Source: Marinoscillum sp. (GTDB lineage: Bacteria; Bacteroidota; Bacteroidia; Cytophagales; MED-G16). From it: a DNA stretch of 64,000 bases. This document shows, piece by piece, positions 1 to 11,184 of this stretch. The notes beneath the pieces are model-generated. The model was given only the letters and a program-made list of their open reading frames with translations, searched no databases and was not told the origin of the DNA. The first letter of the stretch is position 1. Every line of letters starts with the position of its first letter. Location of the stretch: positions 123,438 to 187,437 of the forward strand of contig JAYPVV010000001.1 of NCBI GenBank assembly GCA_038134805.1. Direction: 5' to 3'. The translations under genes were made by a program, and so were the position numbers.

Positions 1-716
1 GTCATCATGATAAAATAATGGAAATTGATAGTTATGAGTGTTTGGTAGGTGGATTACCAAAAAAAAGAATATGGCCATTTGAATATCAGGCAGTTTTTTC
101 GCCAATTGATGTAATTGAGGAATATACCAGACCTGCAAGATATGTTCAAAATAACAAAATAATTGTGAAAGAAGCTCTTTCTGATACTGAATTAATTAAT
201 TTTGACTCAATTGGAACATTAGAAAGTTGGAACTCAGATGGCTTAAGAACTCTTATTAGAACAATGAGTCATGTCCCAAATATGATTGAAAAAACTTTAC
301 GATATCCTGGTTGCGTTGAATATATTAAGGTCTTAAAAGAATCAGGATTTTTCTCATATGACGAAGTTGATATTGATGGAAAAAAAATCAGACCAATTGA
401 TTTGACCTCAAAATTATTATTTCCAAAATGGAAAATGAAAGATGGAGATGAAGATTATACTTTAATGAGAATTAAGATTCAGGGTAAAGAAAAAAATAAA
501 AATAAAATATATGAATATAATCTCTTTGATTCATATAGTAATGGAGATTCCTCAATGGCTAGAACAACTGGATTTACTTGTACAGCAATCGTAAATCTAG
601 TTTTAGAAAACAAATTCAATAAATTAGGAGTATCTCCTCCAGAATATTTAGGTGATCATTTTATTTTTATTAATAATTACTTAAGAGATAGGGGAGTTAT
701 TTATTCAACTAAATAG
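1..716 (+). CDS. saccharopine dehydrogenase-family protein, C-terminal part (5' end outside the window)
   Basis: The frame of tracked ORF 18..716 stays open back to base 3 (HHDKI before the ATG), so the gene is cut by the window edge. GGLPKK..PFEYQAVFSP..IEEYTRPARY resembles the C-terminal domain of saccharopine/lysine dehydrogenase-like enzymes (from recall only). Confidence 0.5.
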   Translation, partial: HHDKIMEIDSYECLVGGLPKKRIWPFEYQAVFSPIDVIEEYTRPARYVQNNKIIVKEALSDTELINFDSIGTLESWNSDGLRTLIRTMSHVPNMIEKTLRYPGCVEYIKVLKESGFFSYDEVDIDGKKIRPIDLTSKLLFPKWKMKDGDEDYTLMRIKIQGKEKNKNKIYEYNLFDSYSNGDSSMARTTGFTCTAIVNLVLENKFNKLGVSPPEYLGDHFIFINNYLRDRGVIYSTK

Positions 717-784
717 AATATTATCTTTTATAAATGTTATATTAAGTGTTCATCTTTGTATTTTACTAAAAATATTAATGAAAT

Positions 785-2227
785 ATGGATAATATTAAAT
801 CTCCAACAGTAATACAGTCATTTCTTCCAATAATATTTTTGGTTACTCTATTGTCTATAACAGTTTCAATTTTTGGAGATGATTCTATATCAGGAAGTAT
901 ACAAATTGTTCTTATTTTATCATCTGCTTTTGCTTCAATAATAGCTTTTAATTTAGGATTTACTTGGAATCAAATACAAAAAGGAATACTAAAAAGTATT
1001 AATTCATCTATGTCTTCTATACTAATTTTATTTCTTGTTGGATCTCTTGCTGGGACATGGCTTTTAAGTGGCATTGTTCCATCTTTTATTTATTATGGAA
1101 TTCAAATATTAAATACAAAAATTTTTTTGTTTGCTGCTTGTTTAATATGCATTATAGTTTCAATGGCTACTGGAAGTTCTTGGACAACATCTGCAACCAT
1201 TGGAATAGCGTTAATTGGTATAGGTAGAGCTTTAGGTATATCTGATGGTCTTGTAGCAGGAGCTATACTAAGTGGCGCTTATTTTGGGGATAAAATGTCA
1301 CCTTTATCAGATACTACTAATCTTGCACCCGCAATGGCTGGAACAGATTTAATCTCTCATATAAAATATTTATCAATTACCACTTTCCCTTCTATTATAA
1401 TATCACTTATTATCTTTATCGTTTTAGGATTTAATTTATCAGGTACAGATGTTTCAAATAATGCAGATGTTATTTCACAAATAATTTTAGAAAAGTTTTA
1501 TATATCTCCAATTTTATTTCTGGTTCCTTTTATTGTTATTTTTTTAATCTATAAAAAAATAAAAGCTGTACCTGCTTTATTTATAGGAGTGATTCTTGGG
1601 GCATTATTTTCTATAATATTTCAGTGGAATTTAGTAATTGAAGTTTCAGGTAATGAAGTAAATTCATGGCAATCTTTATTTATAGGAACAATGAAATCTC
1701 TTTATGGTTCTATTACAATTAATACATCTAATGACTTAGTTAATAATTTATTTTCATCTAGTGGTATGTTTGGAATGCTTAATACAATATGGCTAGTAAT
1801 ATCAGCCATGATTTTTGGAGGAGTGATGGAAAAAGCTGGATTTTTAAATAAAATATCTTCTATAATTTTAACTAAAATATCTTCAAATTCATCATTAATT
1901 TCATCTACTGTTGGAACTTGTATATTTTTTAATTTAACTGCATCAGATCAATATTTGTCTATTGTTGTTCCAGGAAAAATGTATTCTTCTATATATAAAA
2001 ATAAAGGTTTGTCTCCAGAAAATTTAAGTAGAACTTTAGAAGATAGCGGGACAGTTACTTCTGTTTTAGTTCCATGGAATACATGTGGAGCCTACCATTC
2101 ATCTGTATTGAATGTTGCAACTCTAACATACTTACCATTTTGTTTTTTTAATCTAATTAGTCCTATAATGACCATTTTATTTGCATATTTTAAAATAAAA
2201 ATTAAAACACTAAATTCTTCAATTTAA
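785..2227 (+). CDS. nhaC: Na+/H+ antiporter, NhaC family
   Basis: 480-aa polytopic membrane protein with an NhaC-type motif: SGAYFGDKMSPLSDTTNLAPA and VPWNTCGAYH. Confidence 0.8.
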   Translation: MDNIKSPTVIQSFLPIIFLVTLLSITVSIFGDDSISGSIQIVLILSSAFASIIAFNLGFTWNQIQKGILKSINSSMSSILILFLVGSLAGTWLLSGIVPSFIYYGIQILNTKIFLFAACLICIIVSMATGSSWTTSATIGIALIGIGRALGISDGLVAGAILSGAYFGDKMSPLSDTTNLAPAMAGTDLISHIKYLSITTFPSIIISLIIFIVLGFNLSGTDVSNNADVISQIILEKFYISPILFLVPFIVIFLIYKKIKAVPALFIGVILGALFSIIFQWNLVIEVSGNEVNSWQSLFIGTMKSLYGSITINTSNDLVNNLFSSSGMFGMLNTIWLVISAMIFGGVMEKAGFLNKISSIILTKISSNSSLISSTVGTCIFFNLTASDQYLSIVVPGKMYSSIYKNKGLSPENLSRTLEDSGTVTSVLVPWNTCGAYHSSVLNVATLTYLPFCFFNLISPIMTILFAYFKIKIKTLNSSI

Positions 2228-3115
2228 TTCTTTCAAAATCGATAAGTAATTGTTATATCTTTTTAAAGAAATTTTTATGTCTAATTTTTCTTTTATTTTA
2301 CACTTCGGTTCATTTAGATGTAAGCAATTATTAAACTTACACTTCTCACCAATATTATTAAATTCAGGATATAAAAATTTAAGGGTATTTTTATCTATAT
2401 CATAAAACTCAAAATCTTTAAATCCGGGAGTATCAATAATTATTCCATTACATTTTAATCTAAAAATTTCTGAAAAAGTAGTAGTTTGTTTACCTCTTCC
2501 AGTCTTTATAGAGAGATCGTCAGTTTTTTGATTTGAATTAATACTTAAAGAATTAATCAATGTTGATTTTCCTACTCCTGAGTTTCCTAAAATTATTGAT
2601 TTTTTATATTTAAGATGGTCTTCTAATTCCTTTATATTAACGTTTTTTTTTACAGAAATTGTAAAGGTTTTAAGTCCAATATTTTGATATATTTTTAAAA
2701 TATTATTTAATTTAATAATATCTCTTTCATTTAAAATATCAATTTTATTAAAAATTATGATTGGCTTTATATTATTATAAATAGATGTTGCTAGGCATTT
2801 ATCTATAAATTTTAATTTAGTGTAAGGCTCTTTTAGACTTGCTAGTATTAATGAATAATCAATATTTGATCCAATCAGGTGAGGTTGACTCTCTTTTAAA
2901 GATTTTTTAATAAAATAATTTTTTCTTTTATATACTTTTTCAATTACTCCAGTACCATCATCTAACATTTTTATATCAACAATATCTCCTGAAATTAAAG
3001 GATTCTTAAACTGATTTTTAACTTTATTTTTGCCCCTATAAACACATCTAAAAATATTTTTATTTATTTCTACATTATATTGGTTTCCAAAAGTTTTAAT
3101 TATTAATCCTTTCAT
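2219..3115 (-). CDS. rsgA: ribosome small-subunit-dependent GTPase A
   Basis: Circularly permuted GTPase: NKIDIL (G4) lies before GNSGVGKSTLIN (G1) and DTPGF (G3). C-terminal zinc knuckle CKFNNCLHLNEPKC. Confidence 0.9.
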   Translation of the reverse strand: MKGLIIKTFGNQYNVEINKNIFRCVYRGKNKVKNQFKNPLISGDIVDIKMLDDGTGVIEKVYKRKNYFIKKSLKESQPHLIGSNIDYSLILASLKEPYTKLKFIDKCLATSIYNNIKPIIIFNKIDILNERDIIKLNNILKIYQNIGLKTFTISVKKNVNIKELEDHLKYKKSIILGNSGVGKSTLINSLSINSNQKTDDLSIKTGRGKQTTTFSEIFRLKCNGIIIDTPGFKDFEFYDIDKNTLKFLYPEFNNIGEKCKFNNCLHLNEPKCKIKEKLDIKISLKRYNNYLSILKELN

Positions 3116-4338
3116 TATTTTAAATAATCAGAAATATAAAAATTTATTTTTTTTGTTGCTCCTGATTTTTTTTCTATGAAATTAAACCCACCCTTACCTA
3201 TTTTACTATTATTAAAAATTCTGTTTTTAATTAATCTAAATTCATTTCCATTTTTTATTGGGAATCCAATTTTATTTTTTTCTAATTCATCTACTTCAAT
3301 AAATTTTACATTATTTTTATTATATCCATAAATTACAGGGATATTCCAGGCAGCAGCTTCTAAAGTATTATGGAGAGCACCTCTAAATGCACCACCTATA
3401 TATGCTATTTTACCATATCTATAAATAGATGATAAAATGCCAAATTTATCAATGATCAATATTCTTTTATTTACATTATTTTGAGGTAAATCTGAATATC
3501 TTATGGTATCATTGATGAAAGTATTTTCCAGAAATTCAAATTCTTTAGAATTAATATTATGTGGGACAATAATATATTTAGTGTCGGTGAGATCTTTTAA
3601 TATCTCATTTTTTAATTTGTCAATATCACTTTTCCATGAACTGCCTATCACAATTGCATTTTTATTGTCAATAAAGTTTTTTACATTCTCAATTTCATCA
3701 GTTTTTTTAACTATTTCTAATACTCTATCATATCGTGTATCTCCTACAACCTTGACATTTTTTATATTGATTTTTTTTAATAAGTCAAATGAATTTTCAT
3801 TTTGAACTAAAAATAATGAAATATTTTTCAAAATATTTTTAAAAAAAATACCTGGGAAAAAAAAAATTTGTTTTTTTCTGAAAACAGATGAAATAGATAA
3901 AATTGGAATGGAGTTAATTTTTGCCTGTTCAATTAAATTTTTCCAAAATTCATATTTTATTAAAATTAAAATTTTAGGAGTAAAATTTTCAAATAACTCT
4001 TTCATTAGCTTTTTTTTATCAGATGGCAAATAAAAGCTATAATCGACATTAGAATAATTATCAACAATTCTTTCGGCTGAAGAAGAAAAATAACTTACTG
4101 CTATTTTAAATTTATAATTTTGTTTGATAGAATCTATAATTGGTTTTGCTTGTTCAAATTCTCCAACTGATGATACATGAAGCCAAATAGCTTCTTTATT
4201 ATTTAATTTAAATTCTTTAACTTTTTTTAGAGATAATTTTCTTCCTTCAATAATTTTTTTATTTTTTTCATTATATAATGAACTGAATTTTATCAATACA
4301 TCAAGAATAGATATAAACAAATCATAAAAAATACTCAT
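3115..4338 (-). CDS. waaA: 3-deoxy-D-manno-octulosonic acid (Kdo) transferase
   Basis: N-terminal WLHVSSVGEFEQAKPII motif typical of KdtA/WaaA. Its start overlaps the engB stop (ATGA) and its stop overlaps the rsgA start (TAATG). Confidence 0.8.
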   Translation of the reverse strand: MSIFYDLFISILDVLIKFSSLYNEKNKKIIEGRKLSLKKVKEFKLNNKEAIWLHVSSVGEFEQAKPIIDSIKQNYKFKIAVSYFSSSAERIVDNYSNVDYSFYLPSDKKKLMKELFENFTPKILILIKYEFWKNLIEQAKINSIPILSISSVFRKKQIFFFPGIFFKNILKNISLFLVQNENSFDLLKKINIKNVKVVGDTRYDRVLEIVKKTDEIENVKNFIDNKNAIVIGSSWKSDIDKLKNEILKDLTDTKYIIVPHNINSKEFEFLENTFINDTIRYSDLPQNNVNKRILIIDKFGILSSIYRYGKIAYIGGAFRGALHNTLEAAAWNIPVIYGYNKNNVKFIEVDELEKNKIGFPIKNGNEFRLIKNRIFNNSKIGKGGFNFIEKKSGATKKINFYISDYLK

Positions 4339-4955
4339 TTTAGAATCTTATCATTTATTTCAAAAATATGTTCAATTATTTCTTTTCTTCCTGTGCCATT
4401 CATCGATGAAGAAATAAAATAATTTGGAGGTTTAATCCAATATTTTTTTATTTCATTAATGAATAAAGAAATATTTTTTTTTAAGAGGGACTTACTTAAT
4501 TTATCAGATTTTGTAAAAATTAAATTCAGTGGAAGTTCACTTTTTCCTATGAAGTTAATATAGTCTATATCAATTTTTTGGGGACTTAATCTAATATCAA
4601 TCAGGATAAAAACTAAAGAAATTTTATGTGATTTTAGTATAAAGTCTTTAGTCATTTTTTCCCATTTCTCTCTATCTTGTTTGCTCACTTTAGCCCAGCC
4701 ATATCCTGGTAAATCAACAAAAAATAAACTGTTATTAATTAGAAAATGATTAATAAGTTGAGTTTTTCCTGGTTTTGAAGATATTTTAGATAATTTCTTC
4801 CTATTAACTAGCATATTAATTAGGGAAGATTTTCCTACATTTGATCTTCCTAAAAAAACATATTCAGGCTTTATCTCTTTTGGGCACTCAGTATATGCAG
4901 AGCTACTTTTAATAAATATTGCTTCTTTGATTTCCATTTTTTTATCTATATGCAA
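4335..4955 (-). CDS. engB: ribosome biogenesis GTP-binding protein YihA/YsxC
   Basis: GRSNVGKSSLINML (G1), DLPGYGWAKVSK (G3), TKSDKL (G4). An alternative start at Met7 (4937) is possible. Confidence 0.9.
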   Translation of the reverse strand: MHIDKKMEIKEAIFIKSSSAYTECPKEIKPEYVFLGRSNVGKSSLINMLVNRKKLSKISSKPGKTQLINHFLINNSLFFVDLPGYGWAKVSKQDREKWEKMTKDFILKSHKISLVFILIDIRLSPQKIDIDYINFIGKSELPLNLIFTKSDKLSKSLLKKNISLFINEIKKYWIKPPNYFISSSMNGTGRKEIIEHIFEINDKILK

Positions 4956-5000
4956 TTTTAATTCATTTTTAAAGTTTAGATATTATATATTTATTATTAA

Positions 5001-5705
5001 ATGTGTAGGGTACCCTTAATATTGATTTTTGTCTTAATATCTAACTTTTCCCATTCTCAGTCTATGAGAATAAATCTTAGTGGTTATGATGATATTAAAA
5101 CTCATTTTGGCTTTTTACTAGGACTTCATTCTTCATATTATAGATTTAATTATTCTTCTGAGTTTTCAAGCGATGACTATAATAATCTTCATAGTGTTCA
5201 CTCTAAAGCAATGCCAGGGTTTAAATTAGGTTTTATTTCTGATTTTTCTCTAATTTATCCATTTGATTTAAGAACTCTTCTTCAAGTATCTTTCTCAGAA
5301 TTTAGAATGGATTACTATTACTTAGACGGATCTTTATTTAGTGATACAAGATCAGCTACTTTTTTAGAGTCCCCTATATTATTGAAATATAAATCTAAAA
5401 GAAGAAAAAATCATAGGATGTTTATCATTGGAGGAATTAAGCCTAGTCTTGAAATTGGAGCAAAAAATAAAGATGAGGCTGGAAAAGATATTCTTGACTT
5501 AAAAGCTTTTGATATTTCATTTGAGCTTGGATTTGGAAGTGATTTTTTCTTTCAGTTATTTAAGTTCTCTCCAGAGATAAGATATTCTAGGGGATTAAGA
5601 AATATGCTTTTGAAAAATAATACTAATAAATATAATATTCCTCTAGATAAAATTATAGTTCATAATATTTCATTTTTCTTTACATTTGAAGGTGGTCCGA
5701 AATAA
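5001..5705 (+). CDS. outer-membrane beta-barrel protein (PorT-like / porin family)
   Basis: Signal peptide ending FSHSQ, alternating aromatic beta-strand pattern, C-terminal aromatic-rich strand (ISFFFTFE). The family assignment is tentative. Confidence 0.4.
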   Translation: MCRVPLILIFVLISNFSHSQSMRINLSGYDDIKTHFGFLLGLHSSYYRFNYSSEFSSDDYNNLHSVHSKAMPGFKLGFISDFSLIYPFDLRTLLQVSFSEFRMDYYYLDGSLFSDTRSATFLESPILLKYKSKRRKNHRMFIIGGIKPSLEIGAKNKDEAGKDILDLKAFDISFELGFGSDFFFQLFKFSPEIRYSRGLRNMLLKNNTNKYNIPLDKIIVHNISFFFTFEGGPK

Positions 5706-6459
5706 TAATAAAAGAATTGCATTTATAACGGGTGCAACCTCAGGCATAGGAGAAGCTACTGCAAAAATTCTGTCAGAAAGTTGTAATTTAATTATTTGTG
5801 GGAGGAGAGAAAATAAATTGAGAACATTAAAAAAAGAACTTGAAGATAAGACTAATGTAATTTCTCTATGTTTTGATGTAAGAGATAAATTAGAAATACA
5901 TAAAGTGTTTAAATCTTTGCCTAATGAATGGAAAAATATTGATATTCTTATTAATAATGCCGGTAATGCTCATGGTTTAGATTATATAGATCAGGGAAAT
6001 ATAGAAGATTGGGAAAATATGATTGACATAAATGTCAAAGGTTTATTATTTATTTCTAAAGAAATAATAAAATTAATGTGTAAAAAAAAATCGGGTCACA
6101 TTATAAACGTAGGTTCTATTGCAGGAAAAGAAGTTTATCAAAAGGGTAATATTTATTGTGCATCAAAATTTGCTGTAGATGCAATTTCTCAAGGGATGAG
6201 ATTAGATTTAGTTGATAAGAACATTAAAGTATCCCAAATTAACCCAGGTTTAGTAAATACTGGGTTTTCATTAGTAAGGTTTAAAAATAATAAAGAGAAA
6301 GCAGAAAAGGTCTATGAGGGTATGAAGCCACTTAAAGCAATTGATGTGGCTGAATGTATCAATTTTATTTTAAATAGACCAGATAATGTAAATATTAGTG
6401 AATTAACTTTATTACCTAAAGCTCAAGCTTCTTCATCTTTAGTAATAAGAAAAAATTAG
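5686..6459 (+). CDS. SDR-family NADP-dependent oxidoreductase (YdfG-like)
   Basis: TGATSGIGEATA Rossmann motif, NNAG, and catalytic YCASKFAV. Confidence 0.85.
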   Translation: MKVVRNNNKRIAFITGATSGIGEATAKILSESCNLIICGRRENKLRTLKKELEDKTNVISLCFDVRDKLEIHKVFKSLPNEWKNIDILINNAGNAHGLDYIDQGNIEDWENMIDINVKGLLFISKEIIKLMCKKKSGHIINVGSIAGKEVYQKGNIYCASKFAVDAISQGMRLDLVDKNIKVSQINPGLVNTGFSLVRFKNNKEKAEKVYEGMKPLKAIDVAECINFILNRPDNVNISELTLLPKAQASSSLVIRKN

Positions 6460-7448
6460 TATTTCAAAATACTAAAAATCCAATTCATTTTTGATTTTTC
6501 TAAATCAATAGAATCTAAAATTTTTGAAAAATTATTGTTATAAGAAACTATCCTTGTAGGCATTTTTAATTTTACTTTGTTAGAGATTTTACTTCCAAGC
6601 CATTTAATATTTTCAACGAATTTTGTTGGTCTGATTCTACTAAAACCAACAAAATTTACTGAATTTATTTTTTGAAAACCTCTACACCATCCTAATGACC
6701 TTCCACTTCTCTCATGAATGTTTAAATCAAATAATTTATCCACTTTTTGATTTTTTTTATTGATATAAATAATTTTACCATTAACAGTGGTGTAGATCAT
6801 ACTATCATTAAATAGTGCACCATCATGAGGAATTCCATAATTAAGAGGTATTTTATTTATAATCTTTCCGTCCAGTGAAAAAATTAACACATCTTGCTGT
6901 TTATACCTTGTTACATAAACTTGATTATTGATTATTGATACATGATTTGGATGAGAAGAATGAGGTTTTGTTGTATTAAATTTTCTATAATCTACTTCTT
7001 TATCAAATTTTTTCCAAGTATCAATTTCTGGATAACAATTGTAATATGTTTTTATTTTTTTTTCAGAAAGAGAATATCTTATTACTAAATCTAATCCAGT
7101 AATGACTATAAATAAATCACCTTCATGGTAGATTACATGATGTAAGTCATTAAAAATTTTTAAAGAAATTTTATCAAGAATTTCATAATTAGGAAGTTTG
7201 ATAATTAACACCTCTGTTAGTGTTGTTAGAAATAATTTATCTTCAAAAATAGATCCGCTTTTAAATGAAATACTAAAGTCTTTTAGCGGTCTAAATTTTT
7301 CAGGAGTTATATATGTAAATTTTTCTATAATAGATTTTGAAATTGTATCATATTCAAGAACTACACCCTCTATTCCATTATTCCACTCTTTATTAAAATA
7401 GGATAATTTTGAGTCAGATTGTCTACCCCCTGTAATAATTAGTTTCAT
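6456..7448 (-). CDS. hypothetical protein, possibly beta-propeller-like (faint resemblance to the DUF4915/TIGR03032 family)
   Basis: Long ORF with no recognisable catalytic motif. GWCRGFQKINSVNFVGFSRIR recalls DUF4915. I moved the start from 7496 to Met17 (MKLIITGG, 7448), because 7496 would leave only 4 nt to the divergent gene and a minus-strand TAAATTTG box sits at 7501..7494. Confidence 0.5.
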   Translation of the reverse strand: MKLIITGGRQSDSKLSYFNKEWNNGIEGVVLEYDTISKSIIEKFTYITPEKFRPLKDFSISFKSGSIFEDKLFLTTLTEVLIIKLPNYEILDKISLKIFNDLHHVIYHEGDLFIVITGLDLVIRYSLSEKKIKTYYNCYPEIDTWKKFDKEVDYRKFNTTKPHSSHPNHVSIINNQVYVTRYKQQDVLIFSLDGKIINKIPLNYGIPHDGALFNDSMIYTTVNGKIIYINKKNQKVDKLFDLNIHERSGRSLGWCRGFQKINSVNFVGFSRIRPTKFVENIKWLGSKISNKVKLKMPTRIVSYNNNFSKILDSIDLEKSKMNWIFSILKY

Positions 7449-7493
7449 TAGCTTTTTTAATAATATAATTAATTCATTACTTTGATATATAAT

Positions 7494-7501
7494 CAAATTT
7501 A
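7494..7501 (-). promoter_or_regulatory. candidate Bacteroidota sigma-A -7 box (TAAATTTG)
   Basis: Exact TAnnTTTG on the minus strand, 45 nt upstream of the ATG at 7448. It overlaps the start codon of the divergent gene at 7501. Confidence 0.3.
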
Positions 7502-8820
7502 TGACAAAAAAAATAGTAATTCTTGGAGCAGGTAAGAGTTCTTCTTATTTGATAAAATATTTGTATGAAAATAGAAATAAATTAGATATCTCATTATATG
7601 TGATATCTGATATTTCTTCTGATTTTTTGAAGCATTTTGAAGAAATCAATTTTATTAAAATTGATATTCATGATAAGAAAAAAATAACAAATATTATAAA
7701 GGATTCATTTATTTTAGTTAGTCTGTTACCACCCCATTTGCACTATGAAATAGCAAAAATATGTTCAAGTATTGGAGTAAGTATGATAACAGCATCATAT
7801 ATAGACAAAAAGATTAAGTCTTTAAACTCTTCTTTTAAGAAAAGCAATTCTTTTTTATTCATGGAAATGGGATTAGATCCAGGTATTGATCATATGTCTG
7901 CTATGAGCATTATTGATGAGTTAAATAAAAAATTTAAGATAATTGAGTTTGAGTCTTATACAGGTGGATTGATTAGAAAAGATATTAATAATCCTTGGGG
8001 TTATAAGTTTACTTGGAACCCTACAAATGTTATAAATGCAGGATCAGATGGAGCAGTTTATTTAAAAAATGGTGTTAAAAAAAATCTTTTATATAAAGAT
8101 GTTTTTAATGATATATCAGATATAAATATTAATGAACAATTAAAATTTGAAGGATATCCAAATAGAGATTCTTTAAATTATAAGTCATTATATAAGCTTA
8201 ATCATATTCAGACTTTAAAGAGAGGAACTTTAAGAAATATTGGTTTTTGCAAAACTTGGAACTTACTTGTTAATATAGGATTAACAAGTAAAAAAAAATT
8301 GACAGAAACTAACAAAATGACTTATTATGATTTTTTTAACTATAATTTAAAAGCTAAAAATTTTAATGAATTAAAAATCAAATTAGAAAATGAATATGGA
8401 ATTAAAAATAATTCAAAGGAATTTAATAATTTAAATTGGTCAGGTTTCTTCTCAAGTAAGAAGTTTTCTATCAAAGAAGGAAAATTTGCTGATCTATTAC
8501 TCTATATTTTAAAAGATAAATGGACCCTAGAAGAAAATGATATTGATATGATTGTTATGGTTCATAAATTCAAATTTTATGAAAATTCTAAATTAAAAGA
8601 GCTTATCTCATATATGTGTATTGAAGGAACTGATAAAATTTATACTGCTATGTCAAAAACAGTAGGATTACCTATAGCTTTACTTATTGAGTTAATAATT
8701 ACTTCTAATTTTAAAAAAGTTGGAATTCATCTTCCTTTCAATAAAGAAATTTATCAGCCACTACTTAAAAAATTAAGTCAATTCGGAATTTCTTTTAGAG
8801 AAAAAATAATTAGTATTTGA
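7501..8820 (+). CDS. saccharopine dehydrogenase (Lys9-like, NADP-type) family protein
   Basis: N-terminal Rossmann [11 protein letters not shown], followed by GLDPGIDHM, characteristic of saccharopine reductase-like enzymes. Confidence 0.7.
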   Translation: MTKKIVILGAGKSSSYLIKYLYENRNKLDISLYVISDISSDFLKHFEEINFIKIDIHDKKKITNIIKDSFILVSLLPPHLHYEIAKICSSIGVSMITASYIDKKIKSLNSSFKKSNSFLFMEMGLDPGIDHMSAMSIIDELNKKFKIIEFESYTGGLIRKDINNPWGYKFTWNPTNVINAGSDGAVYLKNGVKKNLLYKDVFNDISDININEQLKFEGYPNRDSLNYKSLYKLNHIQTLKRGTLRNIGFCKTWNLLVNIGLTSKKKLTETNKMTYYDFFNYNLKAKNFNELKIKLENEYGIKNNSKEFNNLNWSGFFSSKKFSIKEGKFADLLLYILKDKWTLEENDIDMIVMVHKFKFYENSKLKELISYMCIEGTDKIYTAMSKTVGLPIALLIELIITSNFKKVGIHLPFNKEIYQPLLKKLSQFGISFREKIISI

Positions 8821-10144
8821 AATTTTCCATAAAATTGGTAGTGAAGTTACCTTTTATGAAATTTTTATCATTCATGATTTTTATATGAAATGGTATGGTT
8901 GTCTCAACACCTTCAATAATAAATTCTTTTAAAGCTCTTTTCATTCTTACTATAGCTTCTTCTCTTGATTGATGACTTACAATTAATTTAGCAATCATTG
9001 AATCATAGTTAGGTGGTATCACGTATCCAGAGTAGATATGAGAGTCAACTCTAACACCATGACCACCTGGCTTATGAAGTGCAGTAATTTTTCCTGGACA
9101 AGGTCTAAAATTTGCAGAAGGGTCTTCTGCGTTAATTCTACATTCAATTGAATATTTTTTTGGATAATAATGGTTCCCAGATACTTTAACACCATAAGCA
9201 ACTTTAATTTGCTCTTTAATCAAATCATAATCAGTCACCTCCTCTGTAATTCCGTGTTCAACCTGAATTCTAGTATTCATTTCCATAAAATAGAAGTTTT
9301 TGTTAATATCAACTAGAAATTCAATTGTTCCTGCACCTTCGTATTTGATAAATTTACAAGCTTTTACTGCTGCTTGTCCCATTTTATCTCTTAATTCATC
9401 ATCAACGAAAGGAGAAGGGGTTTCTTCAATAAGTTTTTGATGTCTTCTTTGAATTGAACAATCTCTTTCAGATAGATGTGATACATTGCCATATTGATCA
9501 CCCATAACTTGAATTTCAATATGTCTGGGCTCTACAATAAATTTTTCAAGATAGAGGCCTGAATTAGAAAAAGATGCTTGGGATTCTGCTTTTGCGCTAT
9601 TCCATGCATTTTCAAAATCTTTTTCTTCATTTACTATTCTCATGCCTTTACCACCTCCACCAGCTGTAGCTTTAAGAATTACTGGATAACCAATTTTTTT
9701 TGCAAGCTCTTTACCTACCTTAATTGAATTTAAGAGTCCATCAGATCCAGGAATAGTTGGAATTCCTGCTTTTTTCATAGTTTCTTTTGCTGTAACTTTA
9801 TCTCCCATTTTTTGAATCATCTTCCAATTAGGACCTATAAACTTTATTCCACTTTCAGAACAAATTTTAGAAAATTCTGGATTTTCTGATAAAAATCCAT
9901 ACCCTGGATGAATAGCGTCAGAGTTTGTTATTTCAGCTGCAGCCATTATTCTAGGAATATTTAGGTATGATTCTTTAGATACTGCAGGCCCAATACATAC
10001 TGCTTCATCAGCAAATCTTACATGAAGACTTTCTTTATCTGCAGTTGAGTAAACTGCAACTGTTTTAATACCCATTTCATTGCAGCTTCTAATTACCCTT
10101 AAGGCAATCTCACCTCTATTAGCGATAAGTACTTTCTTAATCAT
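8810..10144 (-). CDS. accC: acetyl-CoA carboxylase, biotin carboxylase subunit
   Basis: [39 protein letters not shown]; ATP-grasp architecture. Confidence 0.95.
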   Translation of the reverse strand: MIKKVLIANRGEIALRVIRSCNEMGIKTVAVYSTADKESLHVRFADEAVCIGPAVSKESYLNIPRIMAAAEITNSDAIHPGYGFLSENPEFSKICSESGIKFIGPNWKMIQKMGDKVTAKETMKKAGIPTIPGSDGLLNSIKVGKELAKKIGYPVILKATAGGGGKGMRIVNEEKDFENAWNSAKAESQASFSNSGLYLEKFIVEPRHIEIQVMGDQYGNVSHLSERDCSIQRRHQKLIEETPSPFVDDELRDKMGQAAVKACKFIKYEGAGTIEFLVDINKNFYFMEMNTRIQVEHGITEEVTDYDLIKEQIKVAYGVKVSGNHYYPKKYSIECRINAEDPSANFRPCPGKITALHKPGGHGVRVDSHIYSGYVIPPNYDSMIAKLIVSHQSREEAIVRMKRALKEFIIEGVETTIPFHIKIMNDKNFIKGNFTTNFMENFKY

Positions 10145-10151
10145 TTTGAAA

Positions 10152-10604
10152 CTAATTTGGATCTACTTCAAACAGAGGTTGATCAAATTCAACTGGAGAA
10201 TTATCATCAACTAAAATTTTGACAATTTTACCAGAAATTTCAGATTCGATATCATTAAATAATTTCATTGCTTCAATAATACAAATAGTCTGACCTATTT
10301 TAATAGAATCCCCTTCAGTTATAAATGGATCGCTTTCAGGATTTGGTGATCTGTAAAAAGTGCCGATCATAGGAGATTTTATAATTATATTTGATGAAGA
10401 TGTATTTTTATTAGTTTCATCTTTTTCTTCATTAATTTCAATTGTTTTTGAAACTTTTTTTACTTCATTTGGTTTTTCTATAGTTTCTGAAATCCCGTTA
10501 TTTTTTTTAACTCTTATCTTATAATTCTCAGTCTCGATGCTAACATCATCTAAATTAGATTTTTTAATAAAATTTATAATTTCTTGTATTTCTTTTATTT
10601 TCAT
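10152..10604 (-). CDS. accB: acetyl-CoA carboxylase, biotin carboxyl carrier protein
   Basis: C-terminal biotinyl domain with IEAMKLFN (AMK biotinylation site). Lies immediately upstream of accC. Confidence 0.9.
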   Translation of the reverse strand: MKIKEIQEIINFIKKSNLDDVSIETENYKIRVKKNNGISETIEKPNEVKKVSKTIEINEEKDETNKNTSSSNIIIKSPMIGTFYRSPNPESDPFITEGDSIKIGQTICIIEAMKLFNDIESEISGKIVKILVDDNSPVEFDQPLFEVDPN

Positions 10605-10618
10605 AATGCTAATTTAAA

Positions 10619-11182
10619 TCATTTTACTCTCTCAACATACTTCCCTTGTCTAATATCAACTTTTATTTTGTCGTTTTCATTTATAAATAAAGGAACTTGC
10701 ACTTCTGCTCCTGTCTCTATTTTAGCAAGTTTTGTAGCATTTGTAGCAGTATCACCCTTAACACCTGGTTCTGTATAAATAATTTTTACTTCAATATTTT
10801 GAGGTAGTTCACACGATAAAATATCTCCAGTTTCAGCATGAATAGAAATTTCAACTTCCATTCCATCCATTAAGTAATCTGGATAATCAATTTGATTTTT
10901 TTCCAGTGATAACTGCTCATAAGTTGAGTTATCCATAAAATGAAATCCAGAGTTATCTTTATAAAGAAATTGGTGAACTCTTTTTTCTACTCTTGCAGTT
11001 ATAATTTTATGACCAGAAGGGAATGTGTTTTCAATTACTTTTCCTGTAATTACATTTTTTAATTTTGTTCTAACAAAAGCAGGACCTTTTCCTGGTTTCA
11101 CATGTTGAAATTCAACAACGAAATATAAACCATTATTATATTCAATACAAAGACCATTTTTAATATCACTAGTAGATGCCAT
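10619..11182 (-). CDS. efp: elongation factor P
   Basis: FQHVKPGKGPAFVRTKLKN motif; 187 aa. Confidence 0.95.
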   Translation of the reverse strand: MASTSDIKNGLCIEYNNGLYFVVEFQHVKPGKGPAFVRTKLKNVITGKVIENTFPSGHKIITARVEKRVHQFLYKDNSGFHFMDNSTYEQLSLEKNQIDYPDYLMDGMEVEISIHAETGDILSCELPQNIEVKIIYTEPGVKGDTATNATKLAKIETGAEVQVPLFINENDKIKVDIRQGKYVERVK

Positions 11183-11184
11183 AA

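Noticed and set aside
3503-3805. 100-aa plus-strand ORF inside waaA. The same applies to other antisense ORFs in the track: 7198..7401, 9019..9201, 10584..10778, 11777..12127, 15408..15671, 18706..18894, 25391..25591, 30393..30587, 32037..32219, 32696..32905, 32993..33190 and 33735..33935.
   Set aside because: All lie entirely within, or opposite to, longer ORFs that have strong family motifs. Their products are low-complexity sequences typical of shadow frames in AT-rich DNA. None has its own -7 box or a recognisable motif.
1-8820. The two saccharopine dehydrogenase-family genes (1..716 and 7501..8820) as a lysine-catabolic cluster
   Set aside because: They are separated by unrelated genes on both strands (nhaC, rsgA, waaA, engB, SDR), and the first is truncated by the window. 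There is not enough evidence for a functional link.
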